Below are positions 30,163-39,968 of a DNA stretch of 48,249 nt, one piece after another. The notes under the pieces were generated by a model, which did no database searches, was not told where the DNA came from, and saw only the letters and a program-made list of their open reading frames with translations. The translations under genes were made by a program, and so were the position numbers. The DNA comes from Promethearchaeota archaeon (GTDB lineage Archaea; Asgardarchaeota; Lokiarchaeia; Sigyniarchaeales; SOKP01): contig JAEOSU010000047.1 of NCBI GenBank assembly GCA_016840165.1, forward strand, positions 1-48,249, read 5' to 3'. The number at the start of each line of letters is the position of its first letter. Position 1 is the stretch's first letter.

Positions 30163-30724
30163 AAATAAAGTAGGATCTAAACACCATAATTCAAATTTAG
30201 ATTTTAAAGGAATGGCGTTTTTTTTCAAAATCCGTGATATATTCAAACCTCCCATAAAAAAGATCAATCGTTCAATGGTTAAGAAGGGATATTCTGTTTT
30301 GGATTATGGATGTGGGTCAGGAAGCTATACTTTTGCTACCGCTAAGGTCGTTGGTGAAAAAGGCAGAATTTATGCTGCAGATATTCATCCACTTGCTATT
30401 GAGAAAGTAAAAAAGAGAGCACAAAAGAATAATCTTGAAAACATCGAGACCATTTTAACGGATTGTGACACTAAATTAGGCGATAAATCTGTTGATGTGG
30501 TAATTTGTTTTGACGTGATGCATGCGATAGCGGATAAAAATAAGCTAGTGAAAGAATTTCATAGGGTTTTAAAATCTGATGGATATTTATCCTTCGATGA
30601 TCACCATTATACTGAAGAAGAAATCATGAAAATTTTTTCCGATGGCAATCTGTTTAAATTAGAAGAGCAAAAGGATAAGATCTTTAATTTTAAAAAAGTG
30701 AATGGCGTTAATCTAAGTGAATAA
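30152..30724 (+). CDS. Class I SAM-dependent methyltransferase
   Basis: VLDYGCGSG, YAADI, EFHRVLKSDG; ATG 30152 follows GGAGG. Confidence 0.88.
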   Translation: MKNKNKVGSKHHNSNLDFKGMAFFFKIRDIFKPPIKKINRSMVKKGYSVLDYGCGSGSYTFATAKVVGEKGRIYAADIHPLAIEKVKKRAQKNNLENIETILTDCDTKLGDKSVDVVICFDVMHAIADKNKLVKEFHRVLKSDGYLSFDDHHYTEEEIMKIFSDGNLFKLEEQKDKIFNFKKVNGVNLSE

Positions 30725-31274
30725 CGAATTCACACGCCTTTCCCCCGCTAACTATCGTCTGGAGCATATCAACTTTCACATCTTTATCAAGTAATACTTT
30801 AAATAAGTCTTTTAACCATCCTAAGGAGCAATAACAGTAAGTTTCTGGGATAGGTTCTTTTGCTACTTGAACACCGATATGACAATAACACTTATTAAAT
30901 TTTGCTACAATCGTATTTCCTTTTAATTTGAAATATTCTTCGTCACCAATAATCTGGTTAAGATTTTTGATAATTTCTTTAATCCCGTTTGATTTATCTT
31001 TAACTTGAAGTGCTCTTTCAAGAAAATGGTTTTGAAAGCAATAATATCCCATCGTTTCCATAACTCCACTTTTTTTTTCTTTTTTATCTACTACGTTATC
31101 AAAATTTTCCATGAGTTCTTTCATGCATACTGCCATTTCTGGATCGCTTGTAATGGATTTACATTTTGCACAATCCTTCACTATTTTCTCATATGTCCCT
31201 TCTCCAAGTTGTTCAGAAACTATCGTTTTAAACCCTTCAAACCAATCGTGATATTTTTCTTCCATAATATTCAT
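30708..31274 (-). CDS. Cys-rich DUF6144/V4R-like protein
   Basis: KCYCH, YCYCSLGW, TIVSGGKACEF. Confidence 0.65.
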   Translation of the reverse strand: MNIMEEKYHDWFEGFKTIVSEQLGEGTYEKIVKDCAKCKSITSDPEMAVCMKELMENFDNVVDKKEKKSGVMETMGYYCFQNHFLERALQVKDKSNGIKEIIKNLNQIIGDEEYFKLKGNTIVAKFNKCYCHIGVQVAKEPIPETYCYCSLGWLKDLFKVLLDKDVKVDMLQTIVSGGKACEFVIHLD

Positions 31275-31330
31275 CTAATTCTTTGTAAACTAAAAAATAT
31301 TAATATTCTAAAATCAATTATATATGAATT

Positions 31331-31735
31331 ATGCTTGATATTATATTAATTCAGCATGATGTTTCAGGAATCAATCTGGTGGAATATCGTCAACCCCATA
31401 CAAAAATTGGGACGGAGCATTCTAATATTTTTAGCGGGTTTCTTTCGGCAATCCAAAATATCACCACTGAATTGAATATTGGAACACTCATTCTCATCTC
31501 AACTGAAGGATCTCGGGGTCATAATTGCATAATCGTGCCTCGTTCGCCGATCAATGTAATTATTTTGGTTGATAGTACTGATCCAATCGACTTATGGCGT
31601 GAACAAGGTCATATCATTGCAGATAAATTCTTTGAGCATTATGGAACCGAGTTTAACCCAAATGATATAAATAAGTTTAGAGATTTTTCCGATACCTTGA
31701 AAGGATTGTGTTCTACTCATGAATATTGTGAATAA
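31331..31735 (+). CDS. Longin/roadblock-like domain protein
   Basis: SGINLV...IFSGFLSAIQNITTELNIG pattern typical of Asgard longin/roadblock-like proteins. Confidence 0.55.
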   Translation: MLDIILIQHDVSGINLVEYRQPHTKIGTEHSNIFSGFLSAIQNITTELNIGTLILISTEGSRGHNCIIVPRSPINVIILVDSTDPIDLWREQGHIIADKFFEHYGTEFNPNDINKFRDFSDTLKGLCSTHEYCE

Positions 31736-31749
31736 TGAATCCTAAACTA

Positions 31750-31757
31750 TTTATAGA
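31750..31757 (+). promoter_or_regulatory. TATA box of the leader peptide-leuS transcript
   Basis: TTTATAGA starts 29 nt before ATG 31779, consistent with a leaderless start. Confidence 0.6.
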
Positions 31758-31778
31758 AAAAAAGGTAGTTACATATTA

Positions 31779-31865
31779 ATGATCTTTAATAACACCGCTA
31801 TAGCAAAGTGTACAAGGGAAAATGAACCTTTAGTCAATTTGCTCGTTGTGTTATTATTATTATAA
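31779..31865 (+). CDS. Putative leucine-sensing leader peptide MIFNNTAIAKCTRENEPLVNLLVVLLLL (28 aa)
   Basis: 7 of the last 11 codons are Leu, ending TTA TTA TTA TTA TAA; directly upstream of leuS. Confidence 0.72.
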   Translation: MIFNNTAIAKCTRENEPLVNLLVVLLLL

Positions 31866-31990
31866 GCGAAACGAATCCACATAACTAATTTCTTTTCTCT
31901 TTTCTGTGGTTCGGTTCGCGTGAAGCATAGATTATAGTTAAAGAAATTTTGGTTAGGGATTTGTTCTCGTAAAATAATAGACCTAATATG
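31866..31990 (+). promoter_or_regulatory. Putative attenuator RNA switch with U-rich tract (31889-31903)
   Basis: Helix 31866-31881/31905-31919 competes with helix 31866-31895/31940-31970. Confidence 0.62.
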
Positions 31991-31998
31991 GGATAATA

Positions 31999-34893
31999 AT
32001 GTATAAAGCACGAGAGATTGAAAAAAAATGGCAAGAGAGATGGGAATCATCAAAAATATTTGATGCTAATCCAGATCCTAATAAAAAAAAGAAATTTATT
32101 ACAATTCCTTATCCTTATGCTTCAGGTACAATGCACATAGGACATGGGAGGAGTTATGTAAATGGTGATATTTTTGCGAGATATTACCGCGCGAAAGGCT
32201 ATAATGTATTATTTCCAATGGCCTTTCATATTACAGGTACCCCTGTATTAGCTATATCTTCTTCCTTAGAGAGAGGGGATAAAGAAACATTTGAGAAGAT
32301 GTGTGACTATGTAGGAATCCATACTTCAAATAAAGAGGAAATCAACAAAATAGTTAAAAGCTTTGTAGATCCTTGGAACATTGTCAATTACTTTTCAGAA
32401 AAAATGAAAGTTGATTTAAAGTCCATAGGCATGAGTTTAGATTGGAGACGAGAATTCACTACTGGAGATAAGATATACAATCAATTTATAGAATGGCAAT
32501 ATTATAAACTAAAAGGTAAAGGTTACTTAGAGAAAGGAGAATACCCAATTCTTTATTGTCCTCGTTGCATGAATGCAGTAGGAGAGGATGATATTGCCCG
32601 TGGAGATGAACTTGATTTAAATATAAATGAGTATACCTGTATTAAATTTCCTTTTGAAGATGGATATTTAGTACCAGCAACTCTACGCCCAGAAACCATC
32701 TATGGAGTGACCAATATCTGGATAAATCCCAATGGACAATATGTCAAGGCTGAAATCAATGGAGAGATCTGGTATATATCAAAAGAAGCTATTCATCTTT
32801 TCGAAAACCAAAATAAGCAAGCAAAAGTCATCAAAACTTTCAAAGGAATAAATTTAGTTGGAAAAAATGCTAAACATATAATTTCTGATCGAAAACTTCC
32901 AATCCTTCCTGGTGATTTTGTAGACACATCCGCTGCTACTGGGGTGGTATATTCTGTTCCTGCTCATGCTCCATTCGATTATATGGCTCTTATTGATTTG
33001 CAAAAGGATACTACAGCAATTCAAAAATACAATTTAGATGAAGAGTTAATATTAAAGATTCGACCAATCAAGATAATAGAACTTGAGGCTATTAATGACA
33101 TTCCAGCTAAGTACTATTGCGAAAAATTCCATGTAAATAGTCAGATGGATAAAGAAAAATTAGATAATGCGACTGCTGAGAATTATCGCGCAGAATTTTA
33201 TAATGGAATCTTGAATGAACGGTGTGATAAATATATGGGTAAGCCAGTCTCTGAAGCTGTTGATCTTGTAATTAAAGAGCTGATAGAGGAAAATAAAGCA
33301 GATAAGATATACATTCCAATCACAAAAGGTCTCGAATGTAGATGTGGAGTGCAAATTATAGTATCAATTTTAAAAGATCAATGGTTTCTAAATTTTAATG
33401 CAGGAAATTGGAAGGAGACTGCTTTCAAATGTTTAAATAAGATGACTATTCATCCGAAAAAGTATCGAACGACCTTTGAAAATGTCTTTAATTGGTTGGA
33501 AAAACGACCATGTGCTCGAAAACGAGGTTTAGGTACTCAATTGCCTTTTGATAAGGAGTGGATTATTGAATCTCTTAGCGATTCTACTATTTACATGAGC
33601 TTTTATACTATTGTCCACCATATCAAGCGGAATCACATAGAGTCTGAGCAACTCACACCTAAATTTTTTGATTTCGTATATTTGAAGAAAGGAAATATAG
33701 ATGAGATATCAAAGGATACAGAAATAGACCATAGTCTATTGAAAAGGATGCAAAAAGAGTTTAATTATTGGTATCCCGTAGATCATCGACATACCGCTAT
33801 AATGCATATTTCTAATCATTTAAGTTTCTATATTTTTCATCATGTTGCGATCTTCCCGGAATTTATGTGGCCAAAAATAATAACTTTGATTGAGCCGGTG
33901 ATAATTGAAGGGCAGAAAATGGGCAAATCAAAAGGAAATGTAATTTCCCTATCAGACATTAAGGAGAAGTATTCTGCTGACTTATTTCGACTATATATTT
34001 CCCATAGCGCAGATTTAGGAATTAATATAGATTGGAAGGAAAAAGAAGTCCAAGTTGTTCGTAATCATATCAACCGATTCTATAAATTTATGAAGGAGAG
34101 AATTGAAAATATAGAAGATTTCGATCTTGGATACGATGATATAAAATCTGACTATACAAAAGTAGTAATTTCAAAAATTACCAGTAATTTTTTGAAAATC
34201 GATGATGCCTTAGAATTTTTTAATTTGAGGAGATATCTTCAGCTTGCTTTCTATGAGACATTCAATTTGATGCAGGAGGCGAATAAAAACCTTGGTAGTA
34301 ATACTGACTTTCAAATCATTTTTAAGTTAGTTTATGAAGATTGGCTTAAGATCCTTTCATTGGCGATCCCCCATCTTTGTGAAGGACTTTGGGAGCTTTC
34401 AAATCATCAAGATTTTATTTCTAAGTCCATCTGGGGTGAATTTAATACTAATTATATTGATAACAACTTGGAAATGGAATTTGAGTACATTTCACAGCTT
34501 CTCGATGACATATCTAATGTAAAAAAAGTCATTAGAGCTGCACATATTAACGAAATCTATATCTATACTGCACCTAAATGGAAAAAAGAAGTTTTAGAAA
34601 TCGTTAAATCTAAAAGAGGAGATTTTAATTCGATAATTTCTGAATTGAAAACACACTCCACTTTAATTAAAAATAAAAAGTCCATACCTTTTATTAAAGA
34701 TCTAATAAAGAAACGTTCATGGGACCTAATAACAAGTGTTGGAAATGAATCTGAAACATTAAAGCGTTATAAATCATATATCGAAGGAAAAGTAAATTCT
34801 AAGATAATTATCAATAGTGACTTCGACCCAGAAAGTAAATTAGATAAAGCACTTCCTAGCAAACCGGCATTATATATAAATATTGAGAACTAA
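31999..34893 (+). CDS. leuS: Leucyl-tRNA synthetase, archaeal/eukaryotic type
   Basis: PYPYASGTMHIGH, TLRPET, SVPAHAP.D, IESLSDSTIY, KMGKSKGN. Confidence 0.96.
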   Translation: MYKAREIEKKWQERWESSKIFDANPDPNKKKKFITIPYPYASGTMHIGHGRSYVNGDIFARYYRAKGYNVLFPMAFHITGTPVLAISSSLERGDKETFEKMCDYVGIHTSNKEEINKIVKSFVDPWNIVNYFSEKMKVDLKSIGMSLDWRREFTTGDKIYNQFIEWQYYKLKGKGYLEKGEYPILYCPRCMNAVGEDDIARGDELDLNINEYTCIKFPFEDGYLVPATLRPETIYGVTNIWINPNGQYVKAEINGEIWYISKEAIHLFENQNKQAKVIKTFKGINLVGKNAKHIISDRKLPILPGDFVDTSAATGVVYSVPAHAPFDYMALIDLQKDTTAIQKYNLDEELILKIRPIKIIELEAINDIPAKYYCEKFHVNSQMDKEKLDNATAENYRAEFYNGILNERCDKYMGKPVSEAVDLVIKELIEENKADKIYIPITKGLECRCGVQIIVSILKDQWFLNFNAGNWKETAFKCLNKMTIHPKKYRTTFENVFNWLEKRPCARKRGLGTQLPFDKEWIIESLSDSTIYMSFYTIVHHIKRNHIESEQLTPKFFDFVYLKKGNIDEISKDTEIDHSLLKRMQKEFNYWYPVDHRHTAIMHISNHLSFYIFHHVAIFPEFMWPKIITLIEPVIIEGQKMGKSKGNVISLSDIKEKYSADLFRLYISHSADLGINIDWKEKEVQVVRNHINRFYKFMKERIENIEDFDLGYDDIKSDYTKVVISKITSNFLKIDDALEFFNLRRYLQLAFYETFNLMQEANKNLGSNTDFQIIFKLVYEDWLKILSLAIPHLCEGLWELSNHQDFISKSIWGEFNTNYIDNNLEMEFEYISQLLDDISNVKKVIRAAHINEIYIYTAPKWKKEVLEIVKSKRGDFNSIISELKTHSTLIKNKKSIPFIKDLIKKRSWDLITSVGNESETLKRYKSYIEGKVNSKIIINSDFDPESKLDKALPSKPALYINIEN

Positions 34894-34905
34894 CAATTTC
34901 TTATA

Positions 34906-35814
34906 TTATAGCCCATAAACCTGTGGGGGTCCTAAATACTGGGGAAACTTGGCTAGTAAAGCCTTTCTTGCTAAATAACAGAGATGACATTCATCCACAT
35001 ATTCTTCTTCGTGTTCTAAATTATATTCTTTAACTAATTGTGCTGGACCTCCCTTTATTAGAGGGCCACAAATCGGATGCTCTTCTGGAGAATATTCTGA
35101 AATTAATTCTGAAAACGGTTTTTCCCAGAAATTACCTATGCTTAAACCTTGACAAATTTGAGTATTTCCAAAACAATCAACATGTACTCGTCCTAATCCG
35201 ATTAAATCTTCATAGGGACATTCTTTTAAACTGTCCAATTTTCTTGTTGGTAACCCTTCAATAAGAGTATCCACAGCTCTGCCTCGGAACATTGCACCAC
35301 CTCCAATGACAGGAGTTCCCTTTTCTTGATCCTTCTCCATTCCCATCGCGACTGTTGGTTTTTCTATGTTAATTGCTCCCGTTGTTATATTTAAATTCTC
35401 TGCTGCGTTCTTTGCATGTTTTGATAAATTTTCAATATTATCCTCGTAATGAAAAGTGTCATCACTTACACTAAAATCGGCAATACCAAGTTCAGAAATA
35501 GCTTTCAACCATAGCTCCGCATCATCCGTATTCGTAGCCCAATAAGAATTAGTAACAATCCCATTTTTAAATCCTCGTTCTTTAGCAAGTTTCATGCCTT
35601 CAAGCATGAGAGGATAGTAAAGAAATGGTTCACCTCCCTCCCAATAAATCCATTCTATGCTTTGTATTTTAACCGCTTCATCAAGAACCTGTTTAATTTG
35701 CTTTAAGGTGAAAGTTCCTTTTGAGGAAGGACTACAATATAAAAAACAATGGTCACACTCATAATTACATGCATAACTTAACAGAAAATGAATTCCATTT
35801 AACAAAATTACCAC
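34906..35814 (-). CDS. Radical SAM protein with C-terminal Cys-rich domain
   Basis: CNYECDHC, GGEPF, CHLC. Confidence 0.88.
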   Translation of the reverse strand: MVILLNGIHFLLSYACNYECDHCFLYCSPSSKGTFTLKQIKQVLDEAVKIQSIEWIYWEGGEPFLYYPLMLEGMKLAKERGFKNGIVTNSYWATNTDDAELWLKAISELGIADFSVSDDTFHYEDNIENLSKHAKNAAENLNITTGAINIEKPTVAMGMEKDQEKGTPVIGGGAMFRGRAVDTLIEGLPTRKLDSLKECPYEDLIGLGRVHVDCFGNTQICQGLSIGNFWEKPFSELISEYSPEEHPICGPLIKGGPAQLVKEYNLEHEEEYVDECHLCYLARKALLAKFPQYLGPPQVYGL

Positions 35815-35921
35815 CTTGTTTTATTGAATTTCCTGATTATAAAACATCAACTAACATAAATAAATTTTAATTTTAGTTGAGATTTTAAAAAAAAAAATAA
35901 ATCGAGTAGATAAATAAGATA

Positions 35922-37202
35922 TTAAATATCAAGATTTTCAATTATAGTTGCGACTCCCTGCCCTCCACCGACACACGCGTTGGCTAAACCGAATCGTGCT
36001 TTTTTATCTTTTAATATACGCGCTAATGTTCCAGTAAGACGGATCACTGTTGCTCCTAAGGGATGCCCTATGGCTGTAGATCCTCCCATGATATTGACCT
36101 TTTCTTCAGGAATATTAAATTTATCCATACAATTTAAGGCAACAATACAAAACGCCTCATTTATTTCCCAGTAGTCAATGTCTTCCGCATTCAATCCTGC
36201 ACGTTCTAATGCTTTTCGAGATGCAGGAACAGGACCACGTCCCATAACTCTTGGATCTACTCCCGCCCAACCAATAGAAACGATTCGCGCCATTGGTTGT
36301 AAACCTCTTTTTTTTGCCTCCTCTGCTTCCATTATAATTGCTGCTGTAGCACCTGCATTTAGTGGTGATGAATTTGCTGCCGTAATAACTCCTTCTTCAG
36401 TTCCCTCTCTGTCGATATATCCTTGTTTGCCCCCATTTTTTTCTAAATAAAACGGTGTTGATATTCTAGGTAATTGAGACACAACTTCCAATTTAGATTT
36501 TCTTGCGGCCATATCTCTATCAACCATCATTGGTTCATCCACATTTTTCTCAACATGGCCTTTAATCGGAATTATTTCTCCTTTAAACCATCCTTCTTCT
36601 TGACTCTTAACTGTTAAATTATGGCTCCTTACACCAAATTTATCTAAATCTTCTTTAGTGAATCGCGGGATTTCCTCTTCATATAATCTCTGAGCAGTTT
36701 GTAACATATTAATTGAGTTCAAAATATCAAGTTCAGGACGATAATACTTACTTTTTTCATCATTAAGTCGTTCCCATTCGGGGTCAATTCCAACTCTACG
36801 CACTCGTGTCATATGCTCAAATCCAGTCGCTAATCCTACTTTGCTATTCCCTGTCATGATATGCATAATTAGGGCGTGCATTCCAGCTCCTGCAGACGCA
36901 CATTGCTTATCTATCATAAATGAGGACACTTTATTTGGAAAACCTGCTAAATATAGTGGAATCTTTCCCCCGTAAGTCCAATTCTCTAGTGTACCTGTAG
37001 CAATCCCTATTGATGCTTCTTCTATATCTTCTTTAGTTATTCCTTTGTTAGCTAATTTTCCTTCAAAGAATTTTATTAATAGATCAGCAAGTAACTCATC
37101 TCCACGAATTTGACCAAAAACATCCCTTTCGGGCTGATCTGGTCTTGAGCGTGAAAAAGGCGTACGTGCGTAATCAATAAGCCAAACTTCTTTCGTTTGC
37201 AA
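35922..37202 (-). CDS. Acetyl-CoA C-acyltransferase (thiolase)
   Basis: DKQCASA, EINEAF, GHPLGAT, CVGGGQG. Confidence 0.93.
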   Translation of the reverse strand: MQTKEVWLIDYARTPFSRSRPDQPERDVFGQIRGDELLADLLIKFFEGKLANKGITKEDIEEASIGIATGTLENWTYGGKIPLYLAGFPNKVSSFMIDKQCASAGAGMHALIMHIMTGNSKVGLATGFEHMTRVRRVGIDPEWERLNDEKSKYYRPELDILNSINMLQTAQRLYEEEIPRFTKEDLDKFGVRSHNLTVKSQEEGWFKGEIIPIKGHVEKNVDEPMMVDRDMAARKSKLEVVSQLPRISTPFYLEKNGGKQGYIDREGTEEGVITAANSSPLNAGATAAIIMEAEEAKKRGLQPMARIVSIGWAGVDPRVMGRGPVPASRKALERAGLNAEDIDYWEINEAFCIVALNCMDKFNIPEEKVNIMGGSTAIGHPLGATVIRLTGTLARILKDKKARFGLANACVGGGQGVATIIENLDI

Positions 37203-37375
37203 TTTATATTCACTTTTTACCTAATTTTATATATATCCTCAATTTAAGAATTTATTAATATTACTTTTGCCCCATTTTCATCTCTGAGATCATATTTATT
37301 TACTCAAAAAACTTACTAATATGTAAATTACTACAAATATGTAAAAAAATAAGAAAATCAAAGATGTGATAATGA

Positions 37376-37771
37376 ATGACCGAAATCAAGAAAATAACAA
37401 AAATTACGCTACTCTGGTACACTATTGCTGGCTTCTTTTTTGCTTTTATGTTTATAGTCTTAATGGATTTTACCATGAATTTTATGCAGTGGCCGTACGA
37501 TGATCCAATCGATTTTTGGTTTCAGGGAGGGACAATGTTAGTTATAGCAATCACGACTCTACTAGCGTTATTCATGAAAGAATGGGAAAAAATAAAATTA
37601 TTTTTCTTTTTCGCAATACTGTGGGATATTATGGTTCTTATCATGGATATTGTTGCCGTGGTAGTATTGAACTTTCCTGAGACACCCTTACTGTTTATGA
37701 TAACTTTCATCATCCTACTTACATTCAATTTAGTAATAGGGTTCGTGAGTTGGATGACTCAAAGAAGCTAA
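37376..37771 (+). CDS. Four-TM small membrane protein, paralog of 411..806
   Basis: MTEIKKITK, KEWEKIKL, terminal QRS. Confidence 0.8.
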   Translation: MTEIKKITKITLLWYTIAGFFFAFMFIVLMDFTMNFMQWPYDDPIDFWFQGGTMLVIAITTLLALFMKEWEKIKLFFFFAILWDIMVLIMDIVAVVVLNFPETPLLFMITFIILLTFNLVIGFVSWMTQRS

Positions 37772-37857
37772 TTCTTTGGAATGAAAATATAAATCTCTTT
37801 TTTTCCTTTTTTTTAGAAGTTGACTTAATTACCTTTTTAGCTTTTATGAGAAGATTT

Positions 37858-39762
37858 CTAAGTAGGATCGGAAAGAAATATATTGGCAATAGCCAGCCAT
37901 TTTTGTTTTATTTCAGGATCCCTAGCATTCTTTTCCGTCATTTTAATGCCTTCTTTAAGATTTTTTATTGCTAAATCAAGTTTTCCTGTAGCTTTGTAAC
38001 AGATACCCAATTTGATATAAGTTTGTGGGATATACCATTCATCTCCTCCCAATAACAATGACTTAACAAACTTTTTAGCAGCATTTTCATAATCTTGAAA
38101 ATACATGAGAATCTCCCCGTAAATATCTTTATATAATCCATTCTTTGGATCCTTTTCTGCAATTTGTTTAATGATACTTATCGCTTCCTGCTTTTTATCT
38201 AAAAATTGGAGCCAATAAGCTTTATAAATTAAAAGAGAATGATCTTCAGGGTACCTTTGAATTAAATCATCGATAATAGTTAGCCCTTCCTGGACATTCT
38301 GCATTCTTCTGAGGACCATTGCTTTTAATAGCTTTATATCCTTTTCATATTCTGAAAAATCCTTGAGCATCTTATCCAATAACTGAATTGCATCATTATA
38401 TTGGTTAAAATAAATTAACTGTTTAAGTTTTAAATAATATAAATCAAGATTTTTAGGATCTAATTCAATTTCTCTATCAATTTTTTTAGATTTTTCTCTA
38501 CATTGTTGCTCTAAATCTCTATAAGTCTGTGATTCAAAAAGATCGGTAATGTTTTGCCAAATAAATCCTTCTAATTTATCATAGGAATCCTTAAATTCTT
38601 GTTTAGTCTCAAACTTATAAGCGAGGTACTTAATATATCCAGGAAGAAAGGCTCTTAAGGGCAACGCTAATTCTCTATGGAATAAGAAATTACAGCATTT
38701 ATTTAAGATTTCATTTAAAATAGATTCCATGCTCAGAGCCCCTAGTGCCTTTGATTCTGAAAATAGTTTATTAAGATAAGATATTTTTGTTATTTCGTTT
38801 TCAGTAATTACACGAAGCATTTTTTCCAATGATCCATTTGATGGAAAGTAATACGTTTCTCCTGTCGGTTGGTCTAATTTGAAAAATCTTGAAGGGTATA
38901 TTTTACCATCAGATATCTCTCCAATATAATATTCAAGAGTTATTTCCTTGATTTCATAAATTCTGGAGAAATCTCGAGGCAATATAAAATTAGGATATCG
39001 ATCTGGATGATTTGTAGCCAGAAAAAGTATAATTTTATAGAAAATCTCTTCCTTCTTTAATAACGATTTTACTTTTTCATAATCTAACTTTAAAAGGTAA
39101 TTAAGGAATCTAAACTGAATCTCTTTCTCTTTGATTTTATATTTATCGAAAAACTTGATGATTTTATCTGTTAAACCTTCAATTCGCTTGTTTTCTTCCT
39201 CCAAGATTGTTTGACGGTCTAAATCGTAGTTTTGAAGCATCCGTGAATAGGCTGGCTTCCCTGTACTAGTAATTTTATATTTTTTCTCCTCCTTTTCAAT
39301 AAATCCCTTCTCTATCAATAGAGATAGACTCTTTGATAAGGATGATTGATTTATAGATAATGGTTCTTTTAGGAAGTCATTCCTTTTACAGTAATTATTA
39401 TTGTAGACCATCCACAGGATCCAGTGAGGATAATTTCTGCCACTATTTAGAATTAATTTGGGAGGATAATTAAGACGTCGTATTTTCTTCTTCTCCATTG
39501 AGAGCTCATGGAATCTTTGTTTTCCCTCTGAAGTTATTTTATAATACCCTCGTTTAACATTTTCCACTAATCCTTTCCTTTTAAGGATCTCTAAATGTCT
39601 GGATAAAGTTCCTGTAGGAATTTCTATTGGTTCGTTACGAAAATCAGACCATTTACATATTTTGTTATTCGACAACATCCAAAGAATAATATGATCATAA
39701 TTTAGCTTTTGTAATTTAGAAGGGCTGTATAGTTTTTCTGGAGGATAATTTATAGTTTCCAT
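37858..39762 (-). CDS. Tandem winged-HTH plus TPR protein, paralog of 1849..3765
   Basis: Same architecture with shared segments such as INQSSLS, YDLDRQTILEEE, YDKLEG.IWQ, QTYIK.GICY, KWLAIA. Confidence 0.82.
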   Translation of the reverse strand: METINYPPEKLYSPSKLQKLNYDHIILWMLSNNKICKWSDFRNEPIEIPTGTLSRHLEILKRKGLVENVKRGYYKITSEGKQRFHELSMEKKKIRRLNYPPKLILNSGRNYPHWILWMVYNNNYCKRNDFLKEPLSINQSSLSKSLSLLIEKGFIEKEEKKYKITSTGKPAYSRMLQNYDLDRQTILEEENKRIEGLTDKIIKFFDKYKIKEKEIQFRFLNYLLKLDYEKVKSLLKKEEIFYKIILFLATNHPDRYPNFILPRDFSRIYEIKEITLEYYIGEISDGKIYPSRFFKLDQPTGETYYFPSNGSLEKMLRVITENEITKISYLNKLFSESKALGALSMESILNEILNKCCNFLFHRELALPLRAFLPGYIKYLAYKFETKQEFKDSYDKLEGFIWQNITDLFESQTYRDLEQQCREKSKKIDREIELDPKNLDLYYLKLKQLIYFNQYNDAIQLLDKMLKDFSEYEKDIKLLKAMVLRRMQNVQEGLTIIDDLIQRYPEDHSLLIYKAYWLQFLDKKQEAISIIKQIAEKDPKNGLYKDIYGEILMYFQDYENAAKKFVKSLLLGGDEWYIPQTYIKLGICYKATGKLDLAIKNLKEGIKMTEKNARDPEIKQKWLAIANIFLSDPT

Positions 39763-39789
39763 AATTCGAGAAAATTAAATTTAATTTAC

Positions 39790-39930
39790 TAAATAATAGA
39801 TTGGTATTTTTTCTATATATATCTATTTTATGGAACTTCCATATAGTGATGGAACAATCATGGAACTATCGGAAACTCAACTATAAAGTCAATTGATCCT
39901 CAAGAATCTATTAATCATCAAAAAGATGAT
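39790..39930. promoter_or_regulatory. Divergent promoter B with TTCCA-N8-TGGAA (39837-39854), TATA at 39882 and ATCATC-N5-GATGAT (39914-39930)
   Basis: Colinear with promoter A. Confidence 0.65.
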
Positions 39931-39968
39931 AAAATTGAAATTTAATTAAAAAGAGTTGATTTAAAAAA

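Noticed and set aside
31787-31920. T-box riboswitch reading of the leuS leader (long stem plus UGGU complementary to tRNA-Leu ACCA)
   Set aside because: No GGTGGNACCGCG antiterminator consensus, AG-bulge/GNUG or clear specifier loop; the Leu-rich uORF explains the region better. An Infernal search with the T-box model would settle it.
31769-32053. 94-aa minus-strand ORF
   Set aside because: Antisense to the leuS leader and start; its Asn run is only the complement of the TTA codons.
33916-33930. KMGKS instead of KMSKS in LeuRS
   Set aside because: A tolerated variant among class I synthetases; no sign of inactivation.
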